From NCBI GenBank assembly GCA_028826165.1, contig JAPDFW010000019.1:1-64000 (forward strand): DNA of 64,000 nt, read 5' to 3'. This DNA is from Anaeramoeba ignava BMAN (Eukaryota; Protista; Anaeramoebae). Below are positions 24,131 to 36,112 of the stretch, piece after piece (the stretch's first letter is position 1; every line of letters starts with the position of its first letter). The notes beneath the pieces are model-generated. The model ran no database searches. It was given only the letters and a program-made list of their open reading frames with translations, and was not told the origin of the DNA. The position numbers and the translations under genes were made by a program.

Positions 24131-25902
24131 TTATTTTATTAAAGCTGTTTGTGAATTGAGTTGTTCTTTTGTTCTTTTTCTTGTTGCATCTTCCATTAAA
24201 TCATATATTCTTGAACAACCATCAACAACAAGTTCAAGTAATTCAGTAAAATTTTCCATTTTTAATCTTGAAATTTTCATTTGAGTTGAAACAACTTTTT
24301 TTGATTTTGCTAAAATTGCTGCAATTAAAATGGATCCACCTGCAGTTTCTTCAATAAAATTTGTATCTTTTATTATTTAAAAATCATTTAAAATTAAATT
24401 TAAATAAAATAAAATAAATTTAAATAAATTTTTTACCTAAAATACAAAAACTATCAAGATAAGTTCCAGTACAAGAACAAACAAAATCTATCATTGGAAT
24501 TCCTGCATCTATTAAAGCTAAAGTAACTGCATTAATACAAGCACTTTCAACACCTATTTTTAATTTAAATTCAATTTTAAATTTTAAATTGTTTTTAAAT
24601 TTTAAATTTTTAAATTCATTTTTAAATTCATTTTTAAATTGTAAATTGTTTTTAAATTTATTTTTAAATTTTAAATTGTTTTTATATTCATTTTTAAATT
24701 TTAAATTGTTTTTAAATTTATTTTTAAATTTATTTGTAAATTGTTTTTAATTTGTAAATTGTTTTTTAAATTGTAAATTTATTTTTAAATTTATTTTTAA
24801 ATTGTAAATTGTTTTTAAATTGTAAATTGTTTTTAAATTGTAAATTGTTTTTAAATTGTAAATTGTTTTTAAATTTATTTTTAAATTGTAAATTGTTTTT
24901 AAATTGTAAATTCATTTTTAAATTGTAAATTTATTTGTAAATTTATTTGTAAATTGTAAATTGTTTTTAAATTCATTTTTAAATTTATTTTTAAATTGTA
25001 AATTGTTTTTAAATTGTAAATTCATTTTTAAATTTATTTGTAAATTGTAAATTCATTTTTAAATTGTAAAATGTTTTTAAATTGTTTTTAAATTCATTTT
25101 TAAATTGTAAATTGTTTTTAAATTGTAAATTCATTTTTAAATTTATTTTTAAATTGTAAATTTATTTTTAAATTGTTTTTAAATTCATTTTTAAATTGTA
25201 AATTGTTTTTAAATTCATTTGTAAATTCATTTTTAAATTTATTTTTAAATTGTAAATTGTTTTTAAATTGTAAATTGTTTTTAAATTTATTTTTAAATTG
25301 TAAATTGTTTTTAAATTCATTTTTAAATTGTTTTTAAATTGTTTTTAAATTTTAAATTGTTTTTAAATTTATTTGTAAATTCGTTTTTAAATTTTAAATT
25401 GTTTTTAAATTTATTTGTAAATTGTTTTTAAATTCATTTTTAAATTGTTTTTAAATTGTAAATTCATTTTTAAATTGTAAATTCTAAATCTGTTATTGAA
25501 TAAATAACCTCCATCAGCTTGTAAAACTTGAATAAAAATTGAAATTTCTGATTCAGGAAAAAGTTCTAATTGAAGAACTGGTTCAAAAGTTTTTCTAATA
25601 ATTGAACAAATTTCAAGAACTCTACGATCTTTTTTTGACATTTTAGTTCTTTTTCTTGTACTAAAAGTAGCACTTAAAAATTCAACGGAAATAAACGCTT
25701 TATCTTCAACTGCTTTTGATCTATTTTCTACTTCTTTTGGTCCACATACTGATGCCATTACTCTTGTAAATCCTTCTACAAAAAGTGCTGATCCATCAAC
25801 TTGTTCTAATTTCCCCATTTCTATCTCTATTTTTCGTAATTCTTTTCTTCTTCTTCCATCTATTCTTAACCCTTCTGGATTCACATATTCTGAAATTTCC
25901 AT
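24131..25902 (-). CDS. RRP41: Exosome complex RNase PH-like subunit Rrp41; 3 exons
   Basis: EGLRIDGRR..ELR, DGSA, GPKE, FPESEISIFIQVLQADGG spliced to VESACINAVTLALIDAGIPM; introns 25508-24554 and about 24437-24368; stop at 24131. Confidence 0.93.
24560..25490. repeat. Intronic TTTTTAAATTG/TAAATTG array in RRP41
   Basis: Fills intron 24554-25508. Confidence 0.88.
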
Positions 25903-25974
25903 TTTTATTTTTTAAAAATGAAAAAAATGAAAAAAATGAAAAAAATGAAAAATGAAAAATGAAAAATATTTTTT

Positions 25975-26496
25975 TGGATTTTAATTTTAAATTTTAATTT
26001 AGATTTTAATTTAGATTTTGATTTTAATTTTGATTTTAGATTTTGATTTTGATTTTGATTTTGATTTTGATTTTGATTTTGATTTTGATTTTGATTTTGA
26101 TTTAGATTTTAATTTTAATTTTGATTTTAATTTTGATTTTAATTTTGATTTTAATTTTGATTTTAAATTTTAATTTTAATTTTAATTTTGATTTTAATTT
26201 TGATTTTGATATTGATTTTAATTTTGATTTTGATTTTGATTTTGATATTGATTTTAATTTTGATTTTGATATTGATTTTGATATTGATTTTGATATTGAT
26301 TTTGATTTAGATTTTGATTTAGATTTTTATTTTAATTTTGAATTTGAATTTGAATTTGAATTTGATTTTGATTTAGATTTTTGATTTAGATTTTTATTTT
26401 GATATTGATTTTGATTTTGATTTTAATTTAGATTTTGATTTTGATTTTGATTTTTGATTTTTGATTTTGATTTTGATTTAGATTTTAATTTAGATT
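25975..26496. repeat. (GATTTT)n hexamer tract abutting the ankyrin-BTB stop codon
   Basis: Continuous TTTTGA/TTTAGA/TTTTAA units. Confidence 0.88.
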
Positions 26497-29400
26497 TTAA
26501 TTTTGTTTCTTTTGATTTTCTTCTTCTTTGATAAGTAAGTCAATAATTGATTTTTCATTTAATTGATAATAATCTTTAAAATCTTCAAATTCTTCAATAT
26601 TTTGTTCAGTTATTTTTGTTTCATCAAATTTATCATGATAAAAAAAATAAATTAATTGTTGAATTGTTTCAAATGATTTTTCTGAATAATCATGAACTTG
26701 ATTAGATGTATCTTGAACACTTAATAAAAACATTCCTTTAAATAATTCACTTCTTATGAATAAAATTAATTTATGAACTTTAATTTCTTTTTCTTCAATA
26801 ATTATTGTAAAATCTTTTGTTTCATTTTGTTGATATAATTTTCCAAAATCTTCTATTATTCCTTTTCTTCCCTTTTTGGATTCAATCCAATTTGAATCAA
26901 ATCCAACTTCTTTAAATAATTCTGTAACTTTCTTTTCTATTTCATTTAATTTTTCATTTTTCTTTTCATTTTCAAATTTTCTTACTTCCTCTATTTCATT
27001 TAATTTCTTATATTCCTTTTTAAATGTTTCTTTTTGATTTTGATAATTAATTAAATTTTCAAATTTTTGAATCAAATAATCAAAATCACAAAATCCAGTA
27101 TAAAGGAAATTTAATGCATATTCAACATCTTCTTTTGGTTTTTTTTTGCAAATATCCATAAATCTTGTTAAAATTGTTTGATTATTATTAAATCTTGTTA
27201 AAAGAATTAATTTATGAACTTTGAATTCAAAATTATCTTTTGTTTGAATTTTAAAATCTGAAAAATTTTCCTCATTTTCTTTTTTTAAAAAATTATTCAA
27301 ATCTTCATTAAATGAATAAATTTTGTAAAATGATTCAATTATTTCTTTTGGAATTAAATTAAATTTCTCATTTAAATCAAAAATATCTGCTCCATTTATC
27401 AATAATAATTTGATATTTTCAAATGAATATTTATTTCTTCTTTTGATATCTTCTCTTTTTGGAGTCATTGATTGAAAAATTCTAAATGAATATTGATCAA
27501 TATTTCTAAATGAATCTTTATCAATATTTTTGCAAATTAAATGTAAAGGAGTTTCATTTTGATTATTTTTTGAATTAATATCTGTTCCTTTTGAAATCAT
27601 TAATTTAATAATTTCAAATGAGTATTGATTAATATTTTTTTTGCAAATTAAATGTAAAGGAGTTTCATTTTGATTATTTTTTGAATTGATATCTGCTCCT
27701 TTTTCAATCATTAATTTGATAATTTCAAATGAATATTCATTAATAGTTTTGCAAATTAAATGTAAAGGAGTTTTATTTTGATTATTTTTTGAATTAATAT
27801 CTGCTCCTTTTTCAATCATTAATTTAATAATTTCAAATGAATATTGATTTGAATTGGTGGTAAATTTTTGGAAAATTAATTGGAAAGGGGTTTCATTTTG
27901 ATTATTTTTTGAATTAATATCTGCTCCTTTTTCAATTATTAATTTAATAATTTCAAATGAATCTTTATTAATATTTTTGCAAATTAAATGTAAAGGAGTT
28001 TCATTTTGATTATTTTTTGAATTGATATCTGCTCCTTTTTCAATTATTAATTTGATAATTTGAAATGAATATTCATTAGTATCTATAAATGAATAATTAT
28101 AAATATTTTGGAAAATTAAATGTAAAGGAGTTTCATTTTGATTATTTTTTGAATTGATATCTGCTCCTTTTTCAATCATTAATTTAATAATTTCAAATGA
28201 ATATTCATTTGAATAAGTGATAAATTGTTGAAAAATTAAATGTAAAGGAGTTTCTTTTTGATTATTTCTTGAATTAATATCTGCTCCTTTTTCAATCATT
28301 AATTTGATAATTTCAAATGAATATTGATTATTTTTTGAATTGATATTTGCTTGTTTTCCAATCTTCAAATCATTTTCATATGAATAATAATTAATATTTT
28401 TGAAAATTAAATGTAAAGGAGTTTTATTTTGATTATTTTTTGAATTAATATCTGCTCCTTTTTCAATCAACAATTTGATAATTTCAAATGAATATTGATT
28501 ATTTTTTGAATTAATATCTGCTTTTTTTTCAATCTTCAAATCATTTTCAGATAAACCTTCATCTTTATCTTCATCTTCATCTTCATCTTCATATGCATAT
28601 TCATACTCATCTTCATTTGATTTTGTATTTCTGAGAAATTGTTTCAAAGCAAAATCTATCGGTTTTTGTTGATTTTGATAAGTGAAATTAATATAAAAAC
28701 CTTTGGAAATCAATAATTTGATAATTTTCAAAGAAAATTCACTTGGATTTTTGCAACTTAAAGCCATAGAAACAGGATAAATTTGTGGGAATCTATAATG
28801 AATTCTTTTTTTAAAATGTTTTTTTTCTTCTCTCATAATGAGAATTTTCATAATTTTAAATGAATATTCAGCTGGATTTTGGAAAGCAAGATCTAAAGGA
28901 GTTTTAGAATTCTTATTTCTTATATTGATATCTGCTCCTTTTTCAATCATTAATTTAAGAATTTCAAATGAATATTTATTTGGATTTCGGAAAGATAAAT
29001 GTAAAGGAGTTTCATTTTGATTATTTTTTGAATTGATATCTGCTCCTTTTTCAATCATTAATTTAATATTTTCAAATGAATATTGATTAATATTTTTGCA
29101 AGATAAATATAAAGGAGTTTCATTTTGATTATTTTTTGAATTAATATCTGCTCCTTTTTCAATCATTAATTTAATAATTTCAAATGAATATTGATTAATA
29201 TTTTTGCAAGATAAATATAAAGGAGTTTCATTTTGATTATTTTTTGAATTGATATCTGCTCCTTTTTCAATCATGAATTTGATAATTTGAAATGAATATT
29301 CATTAATATCTATAAATGAATAATAATAAATATTTTGGAAAGATAAATGTAAAGGAGTTTCATTTTTATTATTTTTTGAATTAATATCTGCTCCTTTTTC

Positions 29401-32400
29401 GATAATTAATTTGATAATTTCAAGTAATAATTGATTAATATCTCCAAATAAATAATAATTAATCTTTTTGCAAGATAAATGTAAAGGAGTTTCATTTTTA
29501 TTATTTTTTGAATTAATATCTGTTCCTTTTGAAATCAATAACTTGATAAATTCAAATGAATATTGATTAATCTTTTTGCAAGATAAATGTAAAGGAGTTT
29601 CATTTTTATTATTTTTTGAATTGATATCTGCTCCTTTTTCAATCATGAATTTAATAATTTCAAATAAATTTTGATTTGGATTTGTGATAAATTTTTGGAA
29701 AATTAAATGTAAAGGAGTTTCATTTTGATTATTTTTTGAATTGATATCTGTTCCTTTTTCAATCAAGAATTTAATAATTTCAAATGAATCTTTATCAATA
29801 TTTTTGCAAATTAAATGTAAAAGAGTTTCATTTTGTTTATTTTTTAAATTGATATCTGCTCCTTTTTCAATCATTAATTTAATAATTTCAAATAAATTTT
29901 GATTTGAATTGGTGGTAAATTTTTGGAAAATTAAATGTAAAAGAGATTCATTTTGATTATTTTTTGAATTGATATCTGTTCCTTTTTCAATCATAAATTT
30001 AATAATTTCAAATGAATCTTTATTAATATTTTTGCAAATTAAATGTAAAGGAGTTTCATTTTGATTATTTTTTGAATTGATATCTGCTCCTTTTTCAATC
30101 AATAATTTGATAATTTCAAATGAATATTGATTAATATTTTTGCAAGATAAATGTAAAGGAGTTTCATTTTTATTATTTTTTGAATTGATATCTGCTCCTT
30201 TTTGAATCATGAATTTAATAATTTCAAATAAATCTTGATTTGGATTCGTGATAAATTTTTGGAAAATTAAATGTAAAGGAGTTTCATTTTGTTTATTTTT
30301 TGAATTGATATCTGCTCCTTTTTCAATCATGAATTTGATAATTTCAAATGAATCTTTATTAATATTTTTGCAAAATAAATGTAAAGGAGTTTCATTTTGA
30401 TTATTTTTTGAATTGATATCTGCTCCTTTTTGGATCATGAATTTGATAATTTGAAATGAATATTGATTAATATATTTACAAGATAAATGGAAAGGAGTTT
30501 CATTTTTATTATTTTTTGAATTGATATCTGCTCCTTTTTCAATCAATAATTTAATAATTTCAAATAAATTTTGATTTGGATTTGTGATAAATTTTTGGAA
30601 AATTAATTGGAAAGGGGTTTCATTTTGTTTATTTTTTGAATTGATATCTGCTCCTTTTTCAATCATGAATTTAATAATTTCAAATGAATCTTTATCAATA
30701 TTTTTGCAAATTAAATGTAAAAGAGTTTCATTTTGTTTATTTTTTAAATTGATATCTGCTCCTTTTTCAATCATTAATTTAATAATTTCAAATAAATTTT
30801 GATTTGAATTGGTGGTAAATTTTTGGAAAATTAAATGTAAAAGAGATTCATTTTGATTATTTTTTGAATTGATATCTGTTCCTTTTTCAATCATGAATTT
30901 AATAATTTCAAATGAATCTTTATTAATATTTTTGCAAATTAAATGCAAAGGAGTTTCATTTTTATTATTTTTTGAATTGATATCTGCTCCTTTTTCAATC
31001 AATAATTTGATAATTTCAAATGAATCTTTATCAATATTTTTGCAAGATAAATGTAAAGGAGTTTCATTTTTATTATTTTTTGAATTGATATCTGCTCCTT
31101 TTTGGATCATGAATTTAATAATTTCAAATAAATCTTGATTTAGATTTGTGATAAATTTTTGGAAAACTAATTGGAAAGGGGTTTCATTTTGATTATTTTT
31201 TGAATTGATATCTGTTCCTTTTTCAATCATAAATTTGATAATTTCAAATGAATCTTTATTAATATTTTTGCAAAATAAATGTAAAGGAGTTTCATTTTGA
31301 TTATTTTTTGAATTGATATCTGCTCCTTTTTCAATCTTGAATTTGATAATTTCAAATGAATCTTTATTAATATTTTTGCAAGATAAATGTAAAGGAGTTT
31401 CATTTTTATTATTTTTTGAATTGATATCTGCTCCTTTTTCAATCATGAATTTAATAATTTCAAATGAATCTTTATTAATATTTTTGCAAATTAAATGTAA
31501 AGGAGTTTCATTTTGATTATTTTTTGAATTGATATCTGCTCCTTTTTCAATCATGAATTTAATAATTTCAAATAAATTTTGATTTGGATTTGTGATAAAT
31601 TTTTGGAAAACTAATTGGAAAGGAGTTTCATTTTGATTATTTTTTGAATTGATATCTGCTCCTTTTTGAATCATGAATTTGATAATTTGAAATGAATATT
31701 TATTAATATTTTTGCAAATTAAATGTAAAGGAGTTTCATTTTGATTATTTTTTGAATTGATATCTGCTCCTTTTTCAATCATGAATTTGATAATTTCAAA
31801 TGAATCTTTATTAATATTTTTGCAAAATAAATGTAAAGGAGTTTCATTTTGATTATTTTTTGAATTGATATTTGCTCCTTTTTCAATCATGAATTTGATA
31901 ATTTCAAATAAATCTTGATTTAGATTTGTGATAAATTTTTGGAAAACTAATTGGAAAGGAGTTTCATTTTTATTATTTTTTGAATTGATATCTGCTCCTT
32001 TTTCAATCAATAATTTGATAATTTGAAATGAATATTGATTAATATTTTTGCAAAATAAATGTAAAGGAGTTTCATTTTTATTATTTTTTGAATTGATATC
32101 TGCTCCTTTTTCAATCATGAATTTAATAATTTCAAATAAATCTTGATTTGGATTTGTGATAAATTTTTGGAAAACTAATTGGAAAGGGGTTTCATTTTGA
32201 TTATTTTTTGAATTGATATCTGCTCCTTTTTGAATCATGAATTTGATAATTTCAAATGAATATTTATTAATATTTTTGCAAATTAAATGTAAAGGAGTTT
32301 CATTTTGATTATTTTTTGAATTGATATCTGCTCCTTTTTCAATCAATAATTTGATAATTCCAAATGAGTATTGATTTGGATAGCCACAGCTTAGAAATAA

Positions 32401-33165
32401 AATAGTTGTATGCTTCGAAGAAAGATTGTTAGTGTAAATTGATCCATGTTCCTTTTGATTATTTGATGAGTTCAGAAAATATCCTTGTTGAATGATAAAT
32501 TTGAGAATCTCAAATGAATTTTTATTTATATTCTGGAAACCCAAATGTAAAGGAGTTTCATTTTGATTATTTTTTGAATTAATATCTGCTCCTTTTTCAA
32601 TCAAGAATTTGATAATTTCAAATGAATTTTTATTTATATTCTGGAAACCCAAATGTAAAGGAGTTTCATTTTGATTATTTTTTGAATTGATATCTGCTCC
32701 TTTTACAATCATGAATTTGATAATTTCAAATGAATATTGATTAATATTTTTGCAAATTAAATGTAAAGGAGTTTCATTTTGATTATTTTTTGAATTGATA
32801 TTTGCTCCTTTTTCAATCAATAATTTGATAATTTCAAATGAATTGTTATCAATATTTTTGCAAATTAAATATAAAGGAGTTTCATTTTGATTATTTCTTG
32901 AATTGATATTTGCTCCTTTTTCAATCAATTTTTTGATAATTTTAATCGAGTTTTCGTTTGTGTTTGTGCAAATTGTGAACAAATCATTTTTGTTCATCTT
33001 ATCATTTCTTGTTTTTTTTTCGTTATATTGATTTTGATTTAGATATTGATTTCGATTTAGATATTGATTTAGATATTGATTCTGATATTGATTTCGATAT
33101 TGATTTGTATATTGATTTGTATATTGATTTAAAGTTTCATTTGAATTTGGTTGTAGATTTTGCAT
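26497..33165 (-). CDS. Giant intronless ankyrin-repeat protein (roughly 45 repeats) with two C-terminal BTB domains, 2222 aa
   Basis: GADINSKNNQNETPLHL...IIKFMIEK repeats of 36 and 40 aa; BTB-like SDFKIQTKDNFEFKVHKLILLTR and KDFTIIIEEKEIKVHKLILFIRSELFKGMF. Confidence 0.93.
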   Translation of the reverse strand: MQNLQPNSNETLNQYTNQYTNQYRNQYQNQYLNQYLNRNQYLNQNQYNEKKTRNDKMNKNDLFTICTNTNENSIKIIKKLIEKGANINSRNNQNETPLYLICKNIDNNSFEIIKLLIEKGANINSKNNQNETPLHLICKNINQYSFEIIKFMIVKGADINSKNNQNETPLHLGFQNINKNSFEIIKFLIEKGADINSKNNQNETPLHLGFQNINKNSFEILKFIIQQGYFLNSSNNQKEHGSIYTNNLSSKHTTILFLSCGYPNQYSFGIIKLLIEKGADINSKNNQNETPLHLICKNINKYSFEIIKFMIQKGADINSKNNQNETPFQLVFQKFITNPNQDLFEIIKFMIEKGADINSKNNKNETPLHLFCKNINQYSFQIIKLLIEKGADINSKNNKNETPFQLVFQKFITNLNQDLFEIIKFMIEKGANINSKNNQNETPLHLFCKNINKDSFEIIKFMIEKGADINSKNNQNETPLHLICKNINKYSFQIIKFMIQKGADINSKNNQNETPFQLVFQKFITNPNQNLFEIIKFMIEKGADINSKNNQNETPLHLICKNINKDSFEIIKFMIEKGADINSKNNKNETPLHLSCKNINKDSFEIIKFKIEKGADINSKNNQNETPLHLFCKNINKDSFEIIKFMIEKGTDINSKNNQNETPFQLVFQKFITNLNQDLFEIIKFMIQKGADINSKNNKNETPLHLSCKNIDKDSFEIIKLLIEKGADINSKNNKNETPLHLICKNINKDSFEIIKFMIEKGTDINSKNNQNESLLHLIFQKFTTNSNQNLFEIIKLMIEKGADINLKNKQNETLLHLICKNIDKDSFEIIKFMIEKGADINSKNKQNETPFQLIFQKFITNPNQNLFEIIKLLIEKGADINSKNNKNETPFHLSCKYINQYSFQIIKFMIQKGADINSKNNQNETPLHLFCKNINKDSFEIIKFMIEKGADINSKNKQNETPLHLIFQKFITNPNQDLFEIIKFMIQKGADINSKNNKNETPLHLSCKNINQYSFEIIKLLIEKGADINSKNNQNETPLHLICKNINKDSFEIIKFMIEKGTDINSKNNQNESLLHLIFQKFTTNSNQNLFEIIKLMIEKGADINLKNKQNETLLHLICKNIDKDSFEIIKFLIEKGTDINSKNNQNETPLHLIFQKFITNPNQNLFEIIKFMIEKGADINSKNNKNETPLHLSCKKINQYSFEFIKLLISKGTDINSKNNKNETPLHLSCKKINYYLFGDINQLLLEIIKLIIEKGADINSKNNKNETPLHLSFQNIYYYSFIDINEYSFQIIKFMIEKGADINSKNNQNETPLYLSCKNINQYSFEIIKLMIEKGADINSKNNQNETPLYLSCKNINQYSFENIKLMIEKGADINSKNNQNETPLHLSFRNPNKYSFEILKLMIEKGADINIRNKNSKTPLDLAFQNPAEYSFKIMKILIMREEKKHFKKRIHYRFPQIYPVSMALSCKNPSEFSLKIIKLLISKGFYINFTYQNQQKPIDFALKQFLRNTKSNEDEYEYAYEDEDEDEDKDEGLSENDLKIEKKADINSKNNQYSFEIIKLLIEKGADINSKNNQNKTPLHLIFKNINYYSYENDLKIGKQANINSKNNQYSFEIIKLMIEKGADINSRNNQKETPLHLIFQQFITYSNEYSFEIIKLMIEKGADINSKNNQNETPLHLIFQNIYNYSFIDTNEYSFQIIKLIIEKGADINSKNNQNETPLHLICKNINKDSFEIIKLIIEKGADINSKNNQNETPFQLIFQKFTTNSNQYSFEIIKLMIEKGADINSKNNQNKTPLHLICKTINEYSFEIIKLMIEKGADINSKNNQNETPLHLICKKNINQYSFEIIKLMISKGTDINSKNNQNETPLHLICKNIDKDSFRNIDQYSFRIFQSMTPKREDIKRRNKYSFENIKLLLINGADIFDLNEKFNLIPKEIIESFYKIYSFNEDLNNFLKKENEENFSDFKIQTKDNFEFKVHKLILLTRFNNNQTILTRFMDICKKKPKEDVEYALNFLYTGFCDFDYLIQKFENLINYQNQKETFKKEYKKLNEIEEVRKFENEKKNEKLNEIEKKVTELFKEVGFDSNWIESKKGRKGIIEDFGKLYQQNETKDFTIIIEEKEIKVHKLILFIRSELFKGMFLLSVQDTSNQVHDYSEKSFETIQQLIYFFYHDKFDETKITEQNIEEFEDFKDYYQLNEKSIIDLLIKEEENQKKQN

Positions 33166-33344
33166 TTTTTGTGTTTGTTTGTTTTGTTTTTTATTAAAAT
33201 AAAAAATTAAAAAATGAAAAATGAAAAATGTTTTTTGTTTGTTTTTTGTTTAAAAATTTAATTGAAAAAAGTGGATAGTTTTGTTTTTTATTTTTATTTT
33301 TCCTTTTTTTATTTAATTTTTTCTCCTTTTTTTCTTCTCCTTTT

Positions 33345-34035
33345 TTAATTTTAATTTTGATTTTGATTTTGATTTTGATTTTAATTTATATTTATATTTA
33401 GATTTAGATTTTGATTTTGATATTGATTTAGATTTTGATTTTGATTTTAGATTTTGATTTTGATTTTGATTTTGATTTTGATTTTGATTTTGATTTTGAT
33501 TTTGATTTTGATTTTAATTTAGATTTTGATTTTGATTTTGATTTTGATTTTGATATTGATTTTGATTTTGAATTTGATTTTGATTTTAATTTAGATTTTA
33601 ATTTTGATTTAGATTTTGATTTTGATTTTAATTTTAATTTTAATTTTAGATTTTGATTTTGATTTTGATTTTGATTTTGATTTTGATTTTGATTTTGATT
33701 TTGATTTTGATTTTAATTTTGATTTTGATTTTGATTTTGATTTTGATTTTGATTTTAATTTTGATTTTGATTTTGATTTTGATTTTTGATTTTAATTTTG
33801 ATTTTGATTTTAATTTTAATTTTAATTTTGATTTTGATTTTGATTTAGATTTTAGATTTTGATTTTAATTTTGAATTTTGATTTAGATTTTAATTTTGAT
33901 TTTGAATTTGATATTGATTTTGATTTTGATTTTGATTTTGATTTTGATTTTGATTTTGATTTTAATTTTGATTTTGATTTTGATTTTGATTTTGATTTTA
34001 ATTTTGATTTCGATTTTGATTTTGTTTTTGATTTT
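33345..34035. repeat. (GATTTT)n hexamer tract upstream of the ankyrin-BTB gene
   Basis: Same motif and same strand as 25975-26496. Confidence 0.88.
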
Positions 34036-34154
34036 TGTTCTCAATTTAAGAAAAACACGAATTTTGCAAGTTTAAAAAAAAAAAGCAAAAAAAAAATTTT
34101 TTTCATTTTTATTTTTTCATTTTTATTTTTTCATTTTTTTTTTAAAAAGTAACA

Positions 34155-35972
34155 ATGGGAGCAGGAGCATCAGGAGCAAAAGGAATAGATAATTTTCGCA
34201 AAGCACTTCAAGAATCAAAAATACCGAACACAAGTTCAATTACGTATCATGGATTATTTTACGAGTATTATTTCTCAACAGGGGAAATTGAAACCGAAAA
34301 AATTTTATCAACAAAAACGATGTGCAGTATAACAGAAAATCCAGTCGATCCAAAAAAGACAGAATACCACGTGGCACTTGCATTAAAGTCGAAGTTTGAT
34401 GGGGAAGGAATTGTCAAGTATGGACGACCGCCGTTGAATTTGGTGTTTGTTCTTGACATCTCTGGATCTATGAGCGGAGGGTTCTATTCGCAGGATAAGG
34501 AATCTGAGCAGCGATTATCGAAATTGGATATTGCGAAAATGTCACTTAAAAATTTACTTAAACATATGAATGATAACGATAATTTTGGATTGGTTGTTTT
34601 TGACACCGAAGCAGAGGTCATCCAGGAACTTCTCCCTTGGAAAGATATCGATAAGGATAAGTTGAATGAGAAAATAAGCGCACTTCGCCCAAGAGGAGGC
34701 ACGAATATGTCAGAAGGAATTACTGAAGCACATTATTTGATTGAACAGTATTATTCCAAATTTAAAAATGAAGAAAAATTAAGTAGAGAGAATAGGATTA
34801 TGTTTTTGACTGATGCACATCCTACTACTGGTGATACTAGTCCAACTGGTCTTATGGGACTTACTGAGAAATACTCAAAAGAACAAATCTATGTCTCTTT
34901 TTTTGGAGTTGGTCTTGATTTTAATACTGATTTGGTTGAGCAAATTACTAATATTGTTGGTGCTAATTATTTTGCTATTTTGAGTTCTTCTGATTTTAGA
35001 AGGAAATTGGATATTGAATTTGATTATATTGTGACACCGATAGCTTTTGATGTTGATGTTCGAGTTGAAGGAGCTAATATTGTGAATGTTTATGGAGCAC
35101 CTGGTTATGATGGAACAAAGAAGGAGCATGATGGGAATATTGCTAAAATTTTAACTGTTATGCCAAGGTATTTTTGGAATGAAAACAAACTAAATTAATT
35201 AATAATTAATTAATATTTATATTTTATATTTAATATTTAATATTTAATATTTGATATTTAATATTTAATATTTTATATTTTATATTTAATACTTTATATT
35301 TTATATTTAATACTTTATATTTAATTAATATTTTATATTTAATATTTAATATTTAATATTTAATATTTTAATATTTAATATTTAATATATTTATATTTAA
35401 TATTTTATATTTAATATTTAATATTTTATATTTTAATATTTAATATTTTATATTTAATTAATATTTTATATTTAATATTTAATATTTAATATTATATTTT
35501 ATATTTATATTTAATATTTAATATTTTATATTTAATATTATATATTTTAATATTCAAATAAAATAGTCATATTAATGAAAGTCAAGAAATTAAAGGAGGA
35601 ACATTTTTATTAGAACTTGATGATTCAGTTAATGATGGATTACCATTCAAAGTTATCATGACATACAAAGATAAATTTGGAAAAGAATACACAGAAGAAC
35701 ATTCAGGAGTTTTCCCTTCATTACAAGAAAATCAAACTCAATTCTTTGAAAATTTAGGTGTTAGAAAAACTGTTTTACTTGTTCGTTATGTTGATTTCAT
35801 CAAATATTTAATTAAATGTCAAGAATCAAATCAAAATCAAACTTTTTCTTTTAATGATGAACAAAAAAAGGAAATTCAAAATTTCATTGATTTTATGGAA
35901 AAAGAAAAAGAAGAATTAAAAGATGATCAACTTGATAATGAAATTCAATGTTTGAAAGATTTTCTCAAGTAA
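34155..35972 (+). CDS. von Willebrand factor A (vWA) domain protein, possibly N-myristoylated; 2 exons
   Basis: LNLVFVLDISGSMS (MIDAS DxSxS), GGTNM, RIMFLTDA, GVGLDFN; intron 35168-35566 joins MPS-HINES...KGGTFLLEL in frame with ORF 35658-35972; begins MGAGAS. Confidence 0.9.
35200..35555. repeat. Intronic (ATATTTA)n array
   Basis: Fills the vWA intron. Confidence 0.85.
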
Positions 35973-36049
35973 AATCTTAATTGAAATTTTTTTTTTCCGA
36001 TTTTTTTTTAATTGAATTTTTTTTAAAAAAAATAATGAACTTTTCGAAC

Positions 36050-36092
36050 TTTTCATTTTTTTCATTTTTTTCATTTTTTTCATTTTTTTCCA
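36050..36092 (+). promoter_or_regulatory. Tandem TCATTTT initiator-like elements (representative example, TBC gene)
   Basis: Four TTTCATTTT copies 20-60 bp before the ATG; the same arrangement precedes most genes in the window. Confidence 0.6.
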
Positions 36093-36112
36093 ATTTTAAT
36101 TTTAATTTTAAA

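Noticed and set aside
25975-26496. Telomeric repeat
   Set aside because: Internal, degenerate, lacks G-runs, and is the same hexamer as coding QN tracts
33435-34152. ILIL/DFDF ORFs (also 26121-26384, 58546-59406, 62736-63566)
   Set aside because: Microsatellite or antisense translations
34155-35972. Intein or Hint domain in the vWA protein
   Set aside because: No C-terminal HN-C/S/T or N-terminal CF/CL splicing motifs and no unexplained insertion seen
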